From: Clostridia bacterium | GTDB taxonomy: Bacteria; Bacillota; Clostridia; Christensenellales; QALW01 | DNA length: 64,000 bases | Direction of reading: 5' to 3' | NCBI GenBank assembly: GCA_900769815.1 | Contig: CAAGID010000037.1 | Location: forward strand, 13,115-77,114 | Shown: positions 16,852-27,104 of the stretch, in pieces | Layout: the number at the start of each line of letters is the position of its first letter | Position numbering within the stretch: the first letter of the stretch is position 1 | Program-made: the position numbers and the translations under genes | The notes under the pieces: generated by a model | Told to the model about the DNA's origin: nothing | The model's input: the letters and a program-made list of their open reading frames with translations, nothing else | Databases searched by the model: none

Positions 16852-18789
16852 TTATGCAACTTCTTTTTTTGTTAAGACCTGAATAAGTACCACGGAACCT
16901 ACAAGTAACAGGCCGATAACATCGGTTAAAATACCGGGATATATAAGTAACAGACCGCCTATTAAGGAAAGTATGCGTTCATACCACTTCATATGTTTTA
17001 AGAAGTAGCCTTCAAGGGAAGCTGAAACACCAAACATACCGATAAGTGAGGTTACACATATAAGAACAACTTCCCAAACAGTTGTATCGATAAACAGCAT
17101 TGCAGGGTTAAGTGCGAAGATATAGGGCACGATAAATGCACCGATAGCAAGCTTTGTTGAAGTAATTGCCGTTTTCATCGGGTTTGCCCTGGCGATTGCC
17201 GCACCTGCATATGCCGCCAAAGCTACGGGAGGCGTAAGGTCGGCAACTATACCGAAATAGAAAACGAAGAAGTGTGCCGCAATCATAGGTACGCCCATTT
17301 TTACAAGAATAGGTGCACAGGTTGCTGCCATAATGCAATAGTTTGCCGTGGTGGGCACGCCCATACCTAAAATGATACAGCAAATCATTGTAAGGAAAAG
17401 TGCAATAATTACCTGATTTCCTGCAATGGCAACGATACCGTTAAACACTATGTATGCAAGACCGGTTGCGGAAATTAAACCTGCAATAATACCTGCAATA
17501 CCGCAAGCGGCGGCAATAGTAATCATACCTTGACCACCTGCTGCAAGAGCTTCTACAAGTTTTAAGGGAGTCATACGTGTTTCTTTATTGAACATACTTA
17601 CGAAAATTGAGGCAATAATTGCAAGTGCGGCTGCATATGCAATTGAGCGTGTGCTTGTTGCAACAAGAACGATAAGTAAAATAAGGGGCAAAAGAAGATA
17701 AGTTTTTGTAAGCAACGGCTTAAGCTTAGGCAATTCTTCTTTTGATAAACCGCGCAAGCCTTCCTTTTTAGCCTCAAGATGAACTGTGATAAACACGCCT
17801 GCAAAATATAAGAATGCAGGAAGAATTGCCTTTGTAACGATACTTGAATAAGGTACGCCAACAGTTTCTGCCATTAGGAATGCGGCAGCACCCATAATGG
17901 GAGGCATTATCTGACCGCCCGTTGAAGCGGATGCCTCGGCTGCTGCGGCAAATTCAGGCTTATAACCTGTTCTCTTCATTAAAGGAATTGTAACTGCACC
18001 TGAGCCAACGGTATTGGCAACAGATGAGCCTGAAACCATACCCTCAAGAGCAGAAGCAACAACGGCAACTTTTGCAGGGCCTCCTGAAAATCTTCCTACA
18101 AGTGAGTTTGCTATCTTTATAAAGAAATCTGCAATACCTGTTCTCTCCAAAAACGCACCGAAAATAATAAAGATAACTATATATTTTGAACATACGTTTA
18201 CAGGTGTTGACAATATACCTTCCTTTGAATAGAAAAGCGTACGGACAAAATCAGTAATACGTTTTAAGAAGTCGGGATTAGTTGAACCCCATATAAGTGC
18301 ATATACCATCAATATGCCTGCCACTATTAAAATGGGCAAGCCAACACTTCTTCGGCATAGTTCGGCCAGGGAGATAATTCCCAAGATACCGATTATCATC
18401 TGAACAGTATCTATCCTGAAGTTTGCAATAATTGTTGATGCGTTAAAGCAAAAATACAAAAATGCACCGGTACCTATAATCATAAGCAAAATATCGTACC
18501 AGGGCATATAGTTTGCGCGCTGAGTACCTTTTTTTGCAGGGAAAACAAGGTATCCGATGAACATTATAAAAGCCATAAAGGAAGTAAGTCTTACTTCATC
18601 AAGCCACGTTGCGAAAAATGTTACGTATATGCAAAACAGAGAGAACGTTGCAAGGAAAGACGTAATAATCCATTTAGGCACGCCTGTCCATATACGTGTG
18701 TTGGATTCACGGTCATATTTTTTCATAACTGCATCGACGTCCATTGGCGTATCGTTTTCAGGTGCAGCTTTTTTCTTAAAAAATGACAT
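16852..18789 (-). CDS. TRAP transporter fused permease (4TM/12TM type)
   Basis: ~645-aa polytopic protein next to a TAXI receptor. Start moved to ATG 18789 with AAGGAGG 7 nt upstream. Confidence 0.85.
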   Translation of the reverse strand: MSFFKKKAAPENDTPMDVDAVMKKYDRESNTRIWTGVPKWIITSFLATFSLFCIYVTFFATWLDEVRLTSFMAFIMFIGYLVFPAKKGTQRANYMPWYDILLMIIGTGAFLYFCFNASTIIANFRIDTVQMIIGILGIISLAELCRRSVGLPILIVAGILMVYALIWGSTNPDFLKRITDFVRTLFYSKEGILSTPVNVCSKYIVIFIIFGAFLERTGIADFFIKIANSLVGRFSGGPAKVAVVASALEGMVSGSSVANTVGSGAVTIPLMKRTGYKPEFAAAAEASASTGGQIMPPIMGAAAFLMAETVGVPYSSIVTKAILPAFLYFAGVFITVHLEAKKEGLRGLSKEELPKLKPLLTKTYLLLPLILLIVLVATSTRSIAYAAALAIIASIFVSMFNKETRMTPLKLVEALAAGGQGMITIAAACGIAGIIAGLISATGLAYIVFNGIVAIAGNQVIIALFLTMICCIILGMGVPTTANYCIMAATCAPILVKMGVPMIAAHFFVFYFGIVADLTPPVALAAYAGAAIARANPMKTAITSTKLAIGAFIVPYIFALNPAMLFIDTTVWEVVLICVTSLIGMFGVSASLEGYFLKHMKWYERILSLIGGLLLIYPGILTDVIGLLLVGSVVLIQVLTKKEVA

Positions 18790-18858
18790 ATGAGAACCTC
18801 CTTTCAAAAAAATAATGGTTGCAGAATCATAACTGCAACCATTTTATTTGTTTAATGA

Positions 18859-19809
18859 TTACTTGGATTCAACAGTAACGCCTTTTTCAGCAAAATACTT
18901 TGCAGCGCCTTTGTGGAAGGGAGCGGTCATACCCTGTGTTGCATTTTCAAGGGAAAGTTCTGCACCCTTTGCATGAGCAGTTGTTATATCGCTGATGTTA
19001 TCAAAGATAGCCTTTGTGATCTTGTAAACGTCGTCTTCAGATGCTGATGCACTAACGATAAGCGTTGCTTTAACTGTAACGGTTGTTACGTCTTCGGTCT
19101 GTCCTTTATAGGTGTTTGCAGGAATCTTATATTCTGTATAGTAAGGAGAAGTTTCCATAAGCTTTTGGGAAACTGCACCGTCAATGGGAACGAGGTAAGC
19201 GTTTGTGCTTGTTGCAAGTTCCTGAATTGCGGGAGTAGGTGCGCCTGCAACGATAAATACAGCGTCAATTTTGCCATCCTTTAAAGCGTCGGCTGAATCA
19301 CCGAAAGACTGGAACTGGGGAATAATATCTGCCTCAGTAAGACCTGCAGCTTCAAGTACGTCAATAGCATTGAAGTAAACGCCGCTGCCTGCTGCGCCGA
19401 TGGAAACCTTTTTGCCCTTAAGATCCTGAACAGATTTAATGTTTGCGTCCATTGTAACAAGCTGAACGGCCTCGGCATAAAGACCGCCGATAACACGGAA
19501 AGATTCAATCTTGCCTTCCTTTTCAAAGGAACGTGAACCCGCCCAAGCGTAAGCCATAACGTCTGACTGAACTGTAGCAAGCTGATAGTTGCCTTCGTTG
19601 ATGCCTAAAATGTTTGCCTTTGAGCCATCAGTGGAAACAACGTTAACGGTAATGCCTGCTGAGGTTTTAATCTGGTTGCCTAAAATGCCGCCGTAGGCAT
19701 AGTATGTACCCTGTGTGCCGCCTGTGCCCATTGTCATTGTTTTGCCGCCACAAGCTGCAAGACAGAAAACTGAAGCGACAACGAGTAAAAGTGCTGTTAT
19801 TTTTTTCAT
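18859..19809 (-). CDS. TAXI-family TRAP solute receptor lipoprotein
   Basis: MKKITALLLVVASVFCLAACGG lipobox. Start moved to ATG 19809 (RBS aaggagg). TAXI-like sequence throughout. Confidence 0.85.
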   Translation of the reverse strand: MKKITALLLVVASVFCLAACGGKTMTMGTGGTQGTYYAYGGILGNQIKTSAGITVNVVSTDGSKANILGINEGNYQLATVQSDVMAYAWAGSRSFEKEGKIESFRVIGGLYAEAVQLVTMDANIKSVQDLKGKKVSIGAAGSGVYFNAIDVLEAAGLTEADIIPQFQSFGDSADALKDGKIDAVFIVAGAPTPAIQELATSTNAYLVPIDGAVSQKLMETSPYYTEYKIPANTYKGQTEDVTTVTVKATLIVSASASEDDVYKITKAIFDNISDITTAHAKGAELSLENATQGMTAPFHKGAAKYFAEKGVTVESK

Positions 19810-20026
19810 AATAATCCTCCTTGGATGCGAATACTGCACCATTATTTTAAATAGTATATACATTATATACAAAAATCAACTTTTTTGCAAGAAAAATTTT
19901 TAAAATAGCCTATAATGGTTGTTGAGGGTGGAAACAGCCATAAAAACTGTTTTCACGCAAAATCAGTGATTTGGCTTCAAATTTTTAATTAAAAAGTTGT
20001 CAACCTACATTGCTATGATGTAGAAT

Positions 20027-20102
20027 ATCAATCAAATATATGGATATTTGATTGATTAAAAAACGTTAAAACGTTTTTTGTTGAAATGATAGTCATTTCA
20101 AC
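20027..20102 (-). terminator. Cluster of three abutting perfect hairpins downstream of the CDF gene
   Basis: 13-bp stem at 20027-20056, 9-bp stem at 20058-20079, 10-bp stem at 20080-20102. Confidence 0.4.
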
Positions 20103-20138
20103 GCTCAACAATAATTATAATCATTCTAATGAAAAAAA

Positions 20139-20918
20139 TTAAGCTTTTTTATACCCTATAACAACTTTGTTAATGCCCAAAGAATTTAGCACTTCTTGAA
20201 TCTGTGCTTTCTCGGCATCATCAGATATTTGCAAATATGCACATATGTTAAATTCATCAATGGCGATGATTTTAAGGTCAGAATGGTTAAAGTTTTTAAG
20301 GGCGTCTTCAACTTTTTCGTAGGGAATAGGGCATTTAAGCAGGAAAATACTAAAAATTTCTTTTATTTCTTTTAAGGCGGAAACGAAAATGAATATCGAA
20401 AGAATAATTGAAATCAGGGAATCAATAAAGGTAAGATCGGTAAGTTTCATAACGACTGCACCTACTAAAACCGCTACCCAACCAAACAAGTCCTCAAGCA
20501 TATGGAGATTTATTGTTTTGTGGTTATGAGTATGGCCGTGACGTGTAAAGAGCGTTGCAAAAAGGTTTACTATAAAACCCAAGATGGCAAAAATCAGCAT
20601 AAGGTTTGTGTTGATTTCCCTTGGATTAAAAAAACGCAATATACCGTTATAAAATGTAAAAGCTGAACCTGCAAGCAGAACGAGGCTTGTAATAAAACCG
20701 CCTAAGAGAGAAAATCTGCCGTAACCGAGGTTATAAAACTTATCGGCAGGTTTTTTGCTTTTCTTTTCTAAAAAAACAGAGGCACCGATAGTTAATGCGT
20801 CACCTAAATCGTGAAGAGAATCGGATAATATTGCAATACTTCCCGAAAACAGACCGCCGAAAAATTCAAAAAGGGAAAATAAAAGATTCAGAGTAAAGGC
20901 TATAAAGATTTTTTTCAT
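20139..20918 (-). CDS. Cation diffusion facilitator family transporter (CzcD-like)
   Basis: FEFFGGLFSGSIAILSDSLHDLGDA motif and a His-rich loop HGHTHNH. Confidence 0.85.
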   Translation of the reverse strand: MKKIFIAFTLNLLFSLFEFFGGLFSGSIAILSDSLHDLGDALTIGASVFLEKKSKKPADKFYNLGYGRFSLLGGFITSLVLLAGSAFTFYNGILRFFNPREINTNLMLIFAILGFIVNLFATLFTRHGHTHNHKTINLHMLEDLFGWVAVLVGAVVMKLTDLTFIDSLISIILSIFIFVSALKEIKEIFSIFLLKCPIPYEKVEDALKNFNHSDLKIIAIDEFNICAYLQISDDAEKAQIQEVLNSLGINKVVIGYKKA

Positions 20919-20963
20919 AATGACTCCTTGACAATATTATTCATTTGATATACAATATGTATG

Positions 20964-20986
20964 TTATTGAACGATATGTTCAATAA
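20964..20986. promoter_or_regulatory. Perfect 9-5-9 palindrome, candidate operator in the CDF/TetR divergent region
   Basis: ttattgaac gatat gttcaataa. Confidence 0.45.
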
Positions 20987-21077
20987 ATAGTTTAATATAA
21001 ACGTGAAAAAAAGCAACATATAAATATGCAGGAAAATTCATTACTGAACAAATTTTAAGTTTTGTACGGAGAGAAAT

Positions 21078-21632
21078 ATGGACAGAAGGCAAAGAAAAAC
21101 GCGGGAAGTTATATTTAACGCGTTTTTCAAACTTATGGGTAAAAAAGCGGTTGACAAAATTACCGTAGGGGAAATAATTGAAGAAGCTGACGTAGGCAGG
21201 GCGACATTTTATGCGCATTTTGAAACCAAAGAGTTTCTTTTAAAGGAAATGTGCAAGGAGTTGTTTTGTCATATTTTTGATTCTGCCCAAAACAACAATG
21301 AACATAAGCATATATTTGATTGTGTCGCACCTGATTCTGTATTTTTGCATTTATTTCAGCATTTTAAAGGAAACGACAACAAAATTCTTGACCTTATTTC
21401 GTTAAAGGATAGCGATATATTTTTAAAGTATTTCCGCGACGAGCTTATTAAGTTTATTGAAACACAGATTGAAGTAAAGGACACTATATTGCCTAAAAGT
21501 CTTGTTAAAGAGCATATTGCATCGTCATTTATAAGTACCATTCTTTGGTGGAAAAACGGCGGTTTAAAGGAACCGCCGGAGGAAATAAACAACTATTTTA
21601 CAGTTTTAGTAAGAAACTTTTTAAAAAACTAA
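21078..21632 (+). CDS. TetR/AcrR family transcriptional regulator
   Basis: N-terminal HTH segment ITVGEIIEEADVGRATFYAHFETKEFLL. Confidence 0.85.
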   Translation: MDRRQRKTREVIFNAFFKLMGKKAVDKITVGEIIEEADVGRATFYAHFETKEFLLKEMCKELFCHIFDSAQNNNEHKHIFDCVAPDSVFLHLFQHFKGNDNKILDLISLKDSDIFLKYFRDELIKFIETQIEVKDTILPKSLVKEHIASSFISTILWWKNGGLKEPPEEINNYFTVLVRNFLKN

Positions 21633-22093
21633 ATTTCTTTATTATTTAATATGGCTTTTGTAAGCGTATCGCCGTCATAGATAAGTTTTAGTGAGAAAAA
21701 GGGCTGGTCGGTATCTAACAGTTTAAGAAAGATTTTATCACCCTCCCATATGGGCAGGGTGTAAATTTTTTCCTTTTCGACCCACTTAAGGTCGCCTTCA
21801 TCACATTCCTTTAAAGTGCCCGAAAAATCTTTACATACAAAAAGGTGCATATATTCGCCCTCCATATCCTTGGGCACAAAGGTTACAATACCTCGGTATT
21901 CCAAAGAGTTTAATATTAAGCCTGTTTCTTCATATGCTTCGCGGATAGCACATTCCTCGGGACTTTCATTTTCTAAAAACTTACCGCCGATACCGATCCA
22001 TTTATCCTTGTTTATATCGTTTTGCTTTTTTACTCTGTGAAGCATAAGATATTTATTATCTTTTTCAATGTGAATTAAAGTTGTGTTTTTCAT
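21629..22093 (-). CDS. NUDIX hydrolase (MutT-like)
   Basis: Nudix box GIGGKFLENESPEECAIREAYEETGL. Start moved to ATG 22093 (RBS gaggtg). Confidence 0.85.
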   Translation of the reverse strand: MKNTTLIHIEKDNKYLMLHRVKKQNDINKDKWIGIGGKFLENESPEECAIREAYEETGLILNSLEYRGIVTFVPKDMEGEYMHLFVCKDFSGTLKECDEGDLKWVEKEKIYTLPIWEGDKIFLKLLDTDQPFFSLKLIYDGDTLTKAILNNKEI

Positions 22094-22205
22094 AAATTGC
22101 ACCTCGCGTTTATTTTATCATAGGTTATCTAAAAATTCAATTCTTTATATTGAAAAATCAGAACAAATATGTTATAATATCAAAAAAGCAAAGCAGGTGA
22201 TTACT

Positions 22206-23648
22206 ATGGCAAAAAAGAAAATTTTATTTGTTACGTCGGAGGCTGTTCCTTTTATTAAAACGGGCGGTCTTGCTGACGTTGCGGGCACGCTGCCTGAATA
22301 TTTTAACAAAAACAAGTATGACGTAAGGGTGATTCTGCCTAAATACGCTTGTATTAAGGAGCAGTTTAAAGATAAGCTTATTTATAAATTCAATAAAATG
22401 GTGCGTCTTGCATGGCGAAGCCAATACGCTGGGATATTTGAATATAAGCATAATAACGTTACTTTTTATTTTGTTGATAATGAATTTTACTTTAATTCTC
22501 CTACGCCTTACGGGGAAGCAAGAGGGGATATTGAAAAGTTTGCCTTTTTTTGTCGCGCAGTACTTGAGTGTATGCCTGAAATCGGCTTTAAGCCTGATAT
22601 AATACATTGTCACGATTGGCAAGCGTCAATGATACCGGTATATCTTTTTGATGAGTTTAAGGAGTCTGATTTTTATAAAGACACAAAAACTGTGTTTACC
22701 ATACATAATTTAAAATTTCAGGGTGTTTACAGCAAGGATATTGTTGAGGACGTTTTAGGCATTTCAAACACATATTTTGATAAAGGTATTATTGAAGCTT
22801 ACGGCGACTGTAACTTATTAAAGGGCGGACTTACTTATGCAGATAAAATAACAACGGTAAGTAAAAGCTATGCTGAAGAAATTAAGACTCCATTTTACGG
22901 CGAGGGACTTGATTCACTTATCCGTTACCGCGAAAAAGACCTTATTGGCATTGTAAACGGTATTGATTATAAGACCTTTGACCCTTTAAGTGACCACTAT
23001 ATTAACTCTTTTTATTCCTGGCGTGATACTGAGAATAAAAAGGGAAATAGACTTGCTCTTTTAAATGAAATGGGGCTAAAGGCAACGGATGATACCTTAG
23101 TTTTAGGCGTTGTTTCACGCCTTACCGGACAAAAGGGCTTTGATCTTGTTGACTGTATTTTAGATGAACTTTTAAATGACGATATCTGTTTAATAGTTCT
23201 TGGTACAGGGGAAGACAGATATGAAGAAATGTTTAAGTATTTTGAAAATAAGTACCCTGACAAATTAAAGGTAAATCTTTGCTATAATGAAGAATTATCT
23301 CATAAAATATATGCAGGGTGCGATGCCTTTTTAATGCCGTCGCTTTTTGAGCCTTGCGGTCTTTCGCAGCTTATGAGTCTTCGTTACGGCACTGTGCCTA
23401 TAGTTCGTGAAACGGGCGGTTTAAGAGATACGGTAATACCTTATAACAAGGAAAAATCAACGGGTTTTTCCTTTAGCAACTATAACGCTCACGATATGCT
23501 TTACACTATCCGCTATGCTGAAGAAATTTTCAAAAATAAAAAGGAATGGAACAGAATAGTAAAACGTGCAATGAAAGCAGATTTTTCATGGAAGGCTTCA
23601 GCAAAAGAATATGAATCACTTTATAATTCCTTTGAGGATAAAGAATGA
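22206..23648 (+). CDS. glgA: Glycogen (starch) synthase
   Basis: MAKKKILFVTSEAVPFIKTGGLADVAGTLP N-terminus. Start moved to ATG 22206. Confidence 0.9.
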   Translation: MAKKKILFVTSEAVPFIKTGGLADVAGTLPEYFNKNKYDVRVILPKYACIKEQFKDKLIYKFNKMVRLAWRSQYAGIFEYKHNNVTFYFVDNEFYFNSPTPYGEARGDIEKFAFFCRAVLECMPEIGFKPDIIHCHDWQASMIPVYLFDEFKESDFYKDTKTVFTIHNLKFQGVYSKDIVEDVLGISNTYFDKGIIEAYGDCNLLKGGLTYADKITTVSKSYAEEIKTPFYGEGLDSLIRYREKDLIGIVNGIDYKTFDPLSDHYINSFYSWRDTENKKGNRLALLNEMGLKATDDTLVLGVVSRLTGQKGFDLVDCILDELLNDDICLIVLGTGEDRYEEMFKYFENKYPDKLKVNLCYNEELSHKIYAGCDAFLMPSLFEPCGLSQLMSLRYGTVPIVRETGGLRDTVIPYNKEKSTGFSFSNYNAHDMLYTIRYAEEIFKNKKEWNRIVKRAMKADFSWKASAKEYESLYNSFEDKE

Positions 23649-25093
23649 AAAAGCTTGCACTTGTCCTTGTATTGCTTTTGATTTTTGTCGGTTGCGGTAA
23701 TAGAGAGAACATACCTTCGAAAGTAACTGAATATCATTTTAATGCGAAAAATGACGCTTTATTTCCATTTTACTGTATTGATGAAAATGATATTTTGTGG
23801 CGGGTGGAAAATAAAGGTGCCTTTTCAACGGAGTGCAAGGTTTTAGAAAACGGCTTTATAAAATATCTGAGAAACGATGACGTTATCTTTTTTACTATGG
23901 ACCATTATGATAAAAACGGAGTAAATTTTGGCAAATTTGTAAGTAAAAATCAAACAGGTAAAGTTGAAAGCATCTTTGAAAAGGTACGTATCGATTCTAT
24001 TCAGGTTACAAAAGAAGGAAATCTTTTGTTTATTGATGAGGGAAACAACCTTTATTTCAGACGTGACGGCATAATAACCCGCATTGAGGGCGACGTAGCC
24101 GAGGCTCAGTTTGTAGGGGAGGATACCTTCTTATTCAGGCTTAATAAAGGTTTAATCGAAGAAAAGGAAACGGTTTATCCCATATATTCGGCAACGGCAG
24201 ATTACAGAAACTTTATTATGAACGGCGTTGATATAATTGAAGCTGATGCTGAAAACGGTAAGGCGTATATTATAAAAAACAAACGCATCGTGCAAAAGCG
24301 AGCCTCGGCTAAGGAGGTTGCCGATTGCTTTGTTTATAGTGATGGCGAGGTGCTTTTTGATATTCCCTCGGTGCTTATTTCTCAGTTTTCTGAAAAGAAG
24401 CATATGTTTTTAATATGCGTAAATGAATCTGCTTCAACCTTAAAATACGACCTCTACCGTGTTGATGGGGCAGAACCTATTAAAAAGGGCGAAAACGTTA
24501 TTTCGGGTAGATATATTTCTTCTGACAGAAGCGTTTTTGCTTACGAATTTCAGACGGCAGAAGATATAAAAACGGCTATTATTGATCGCACCGATACTGT
24601 ACGTAATTATTCTTTAGGCGAAAACTGTTCCCTTGAAAGCATATATTACGTTGAGCCTTATACGTACCTTCACAAAAACGGGGAGCTTCTTATCTTAGAA
24701 GAAAACGGTATAGGCGCGCTGATTGATGACGGTATAGATAAAATCAGAGTAATAGGTAACGGACTTGTTTGCTTTAAGGAAAATAAAAAGCCATATAGTA
24801 TTTCAGTATGCACGGGTACGAAAGTAACCAATAAAGCAAGTGAGATTACAAATGATAACGTATTATATAAAGATGGTCTTCTTTATTACTATACGGGCGA
24901 AGGCTATGATTTGAACGCTGCTGATATATCGGGTAAATCAACAGCTCTTATAAGTAACGTAACAGATAAGTTTATCAGTAAAAACGGAACCGTTGCTGTA
25001 ATCAAAAGAGATACCAATGTTTTATACATAACAAATGGCGAGAACACAGTTGATACTGGACTTAAAATAAAAAGCTTTATTGGGGAGGAATGA
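23645..25093 (+). CDS. Hypothetical lipoprotein
   Basis: LLLIFVGCGN lipobox. ATGA overlap with the glgA stop codon. Confidence 0.6.
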   Translation: MKKLALVLVLLLIFVGCGNRENIPSKVTEYHFNAKNDALFPFYCIDENDILWRVENKGAFSTECKVLENGFIKYLRNDDVIFFTMDHYDKNGVNFGKFVSKNQTGKVESIFEKVRIDSIQVTKEGNLLFIDEGNNLYFRRDGIITRIEGDVAEAQFVGEDTFLFRLNKGLIEEKETVYPIYSATADYRNFIMNGVDIIEADAENGKAYIIKNKRIVQKRASAKEVADCFVYSDGEVLFDIPSVLISQFSEKKHMFLICVNESASTLKYDLYRVDGAEPIKKGENVISGRYISSDRSVFAYEFQTAEDIKTAIIDRTDTVRNYSLGENCSLESIYYVEPYTYLHKNGELLILEENGIGALIDDGIDKIRVIGNGLVCFKENKKPYSISVCTGTKVTNKASEITNDNVLYKDGLLYYYTGEGYDLNAADISGKSTALISNVTDKFISKNGTVAVIKRDTNVLYITNGENTVDTGLKIKSFIGEE

Positions 25094-25096
25094 AAA

Positions 25097-25564
25097 ATGG
25101 AAATTCTTGCAATATGTGCTGTCATAATAGGCACGGCACTTCTTGTGCTTGAATGTTTTATACCCGGCATAGGAGTTGCCGGTATTACAGGCGGTTTTTT
25201 AAGCATATTAGGAATATTATTACTTATACCTTACGTTGGCTGGTACGTAATTTTTATAATTATGGCAATAATAATTATAGTGCTTTTAAGTATTTATTGC
25301 TTTGCCAAGTCAGCCCATAAGGGCAAGAATCCTTTGGTGCTTTCACAAAAGACCGATAAGGAATCAGGCTTTTCTGCAAATGATGATAATGCTTTCTTGT
25401 TAAATAAGGAGGGAGAGACATTAACACAGCTTCGTCCCTCAGGTATCGCACTTATTGATTCAAAGCGTGTTGACGTTGTAACTGACGGCGAGTTTCTTGA
25501 TGTAGGTACAAAAATTGTTGTTACCGATATTCAGGGACGCCGAATAATAGTTAAAAAAATTTAA
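25097..25564 (+). CDS. NfeD family membrane protein
   Basis: Three or four TM helices plus a C-terminal OB-like segment. Located upstream of floA, as in the Bacillus yqeZ-yqfA arrangement. Confidence 0.75.
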   Translation: MEILAICAVIIGTALLVLECFIPGIGVAGITGGFLSILGILLLIPYVGWYVIFIIMAIIIIVLLSIYCFAKSAHKGKNPLVLSQKTDKESGFSANDDNAFLLNKEGETLTQLRPSGIALIDSKRVDVVTDGEFLDVGTKIVVTDIQGRRIIVKKI

Positions 25565-25578
25565 GGAGGTAACAAAAA

Positions 25579-26595
25579 ATGTTACAAGTAATTTCACAAA
25601 TATCAGCACCTGATATTATTATGATTCCCGTAATCGCAATTTTAATTGTTGCAATCATTCTTCTTATCATATTCTTACGAATTTTCCCCATCGGTCTTTG
25701 GATGACAGCCCTGTTTTCGGGCGTAAAAGTAGGAATTTTCCAGCTTGCAACCATGCGTTTCAGACGTGTTAATCCACAGAGAATCGTTTATCCTATGATT
25801 CAGGCAACAAAGGCAGGATTAGACCTTGATATGAGCAAATTAGAAGCACATCTTCTTGCGAAAGGTAACGTTGAAAAAGTTGTAAACGCTTTAATTGCAG
25901 CACAGAGAGCAGATATTCCTCTTAATTTTGAGCGTGCCGCTGCTATTGACCTTGCCGGCCGTGACGTTTTAACTGCAGTACAGATGTCAGTTAATCCTAA
26001 AGTTATTGAAACACCTATTATTGCAGCCATTGCAAAGGACGGTATTGAACTTCGTGCAAAAGCAAGAGTTACGGTTAGAGCGAATATCGACCGTTTGGTA
26101 GGCGGTGCAGGCGAAGAAACTATTATTGCCCGTGTAGGCGAGGGTATCGTTACTACTGCAGGTAGTGCTGAAAGCCATAAGGCAGTTCTTGAAAATCCCG
26201 ATTTAATTTCACGCACAGTTCTTGATAAGGGACTTGATGCAGGTACTGCATTTGAAATTCTTTCCATTGATATTGCTGACGTTGACGTTGGCAGAAATAT
26301 CGGTGCACAGCTTCAGATGGACCAGGCAGAAGCAGATAAAAAGATTGCTCAGGCTAAAGCTGAAGAACGCCGTGCAATGGCAGTTGCCCGTGAACAGGAA
26401 ATGAAAGCTCAGGTACAGGAAATGCGTGCAAAGGTTGTTGAAGCCGAAGCAGAAGTTCCCAAAGCAATGGCAGAAGCTTTAAAAGGCGGTAATTTAGGCG
26501 TTATGGATTATTATAAGATGGAGAATATGCTTGCTGACACAAAGATGCGTTCATCAATTGCTGACCCCAACGTAAGCAAGCCTAAGACGGAATAA
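25579..26595 (+). CDS. floA: Flotillin-like protein FloA (UPF0365/SPFH)
   Basis: Near-identical blocks to B. subtilis YqfA: [54 protein letters not shown]. Confidence 0.9.
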   Translation: MLQVISQISAPDIIMIPVIAILIVAIILLIIFLRIFPIGLWMTALFSGVKVGIFQLATMRFRRVNPQRIVYPMIQATKAGLDLDMSKLEAHLLAKGNVEKVVNALIAAQRADIPLNFERAAAIDLAGRDVLTAVQMSVNPKVIETPIIAAIAKDGIELRAKARVTVRANIDRLVGGAGEETIIARVGEGIVTTAGSAESHKAVLENPDLISRTVLDKGLDAGTAFEILSIDIADVDVGRNIGAQLQMDQAEADKKIAQAKAEERRAMAVAREQEMKAQVQEMRAKVVEAEAEVPKAMAEALKGGNLGVMDYYKMENMLADTKMRSSIADPNVSKPKTE

Positions 26596-27053
26596 TGGAA
26601 GTTTTAATTTTCATTGCGGCAATAATATTTATTATCGCAAAAAATGCTGCTAAGGTTAAACAACAGTCTCAGCAGAATGAGCCTGAAGAGACTGAACCAA
26701 GAAACCCCATAGATTTTGAAGAAATTCAAAGAAAACTTGTGGGAGAATTTTTTGGCGAAAAACAAAAAGAGCAAGGCAGGGATTATCAAGGTGTAAATCG
26801 CCCTAAAACCGAGGGCTACAGGGAAGAAATACCTCTTACCAAAAACTCAATAAAGTATGAAAGTGAAGAAGGCAGAGAAAGCAACGAGGGCAAGTGTATT
26901 GAGCCAAATGCAAATCACTGTGCCGTTGAACATTTTGATGACACTGTTTATGCTTCGGAAATCGGAATCGAAAATAGCGATTTTACCCGTGAGGATTTAG
27001 TAAAAGGCATTATTATGGCGGAAATTATTTCAAAGCCAAAAAGTATGCAATAG
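26595..27053 (+). CDS. Hypothetical membrane-anchored acidic protein
   Basis: N-terminal TM helix. 1-nt overlap with the floA stop codon. Confidence 0.5.
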   Translation: MEVLIFIAAIIFIIAKNAAKVKQQSQQNEPEETEPRNPIDFEEIQRKLVGEFFGEKQKEQGRDYQGVNRPKTEGYREEIPLTKNSIKYESEEGRESNEGKCIEPNANHCAVEHFDDTVYASEIGIENSDFTREDLVKGIIMAEIISKPKSMQ

Positions 27054-27104
27054 CAGAAAAGAGGATGGTCGTTAAAACCATCCTCTTTATGTTTTATGTG
27101 TAAC

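Noticed and set aside
20964-21218. 84-aa minus-strand ORF overlapping the TetR start and the divergent promoter
   Set aside because: It overlaps the well-supported TetR gene and the operator palindrome. No RBS.
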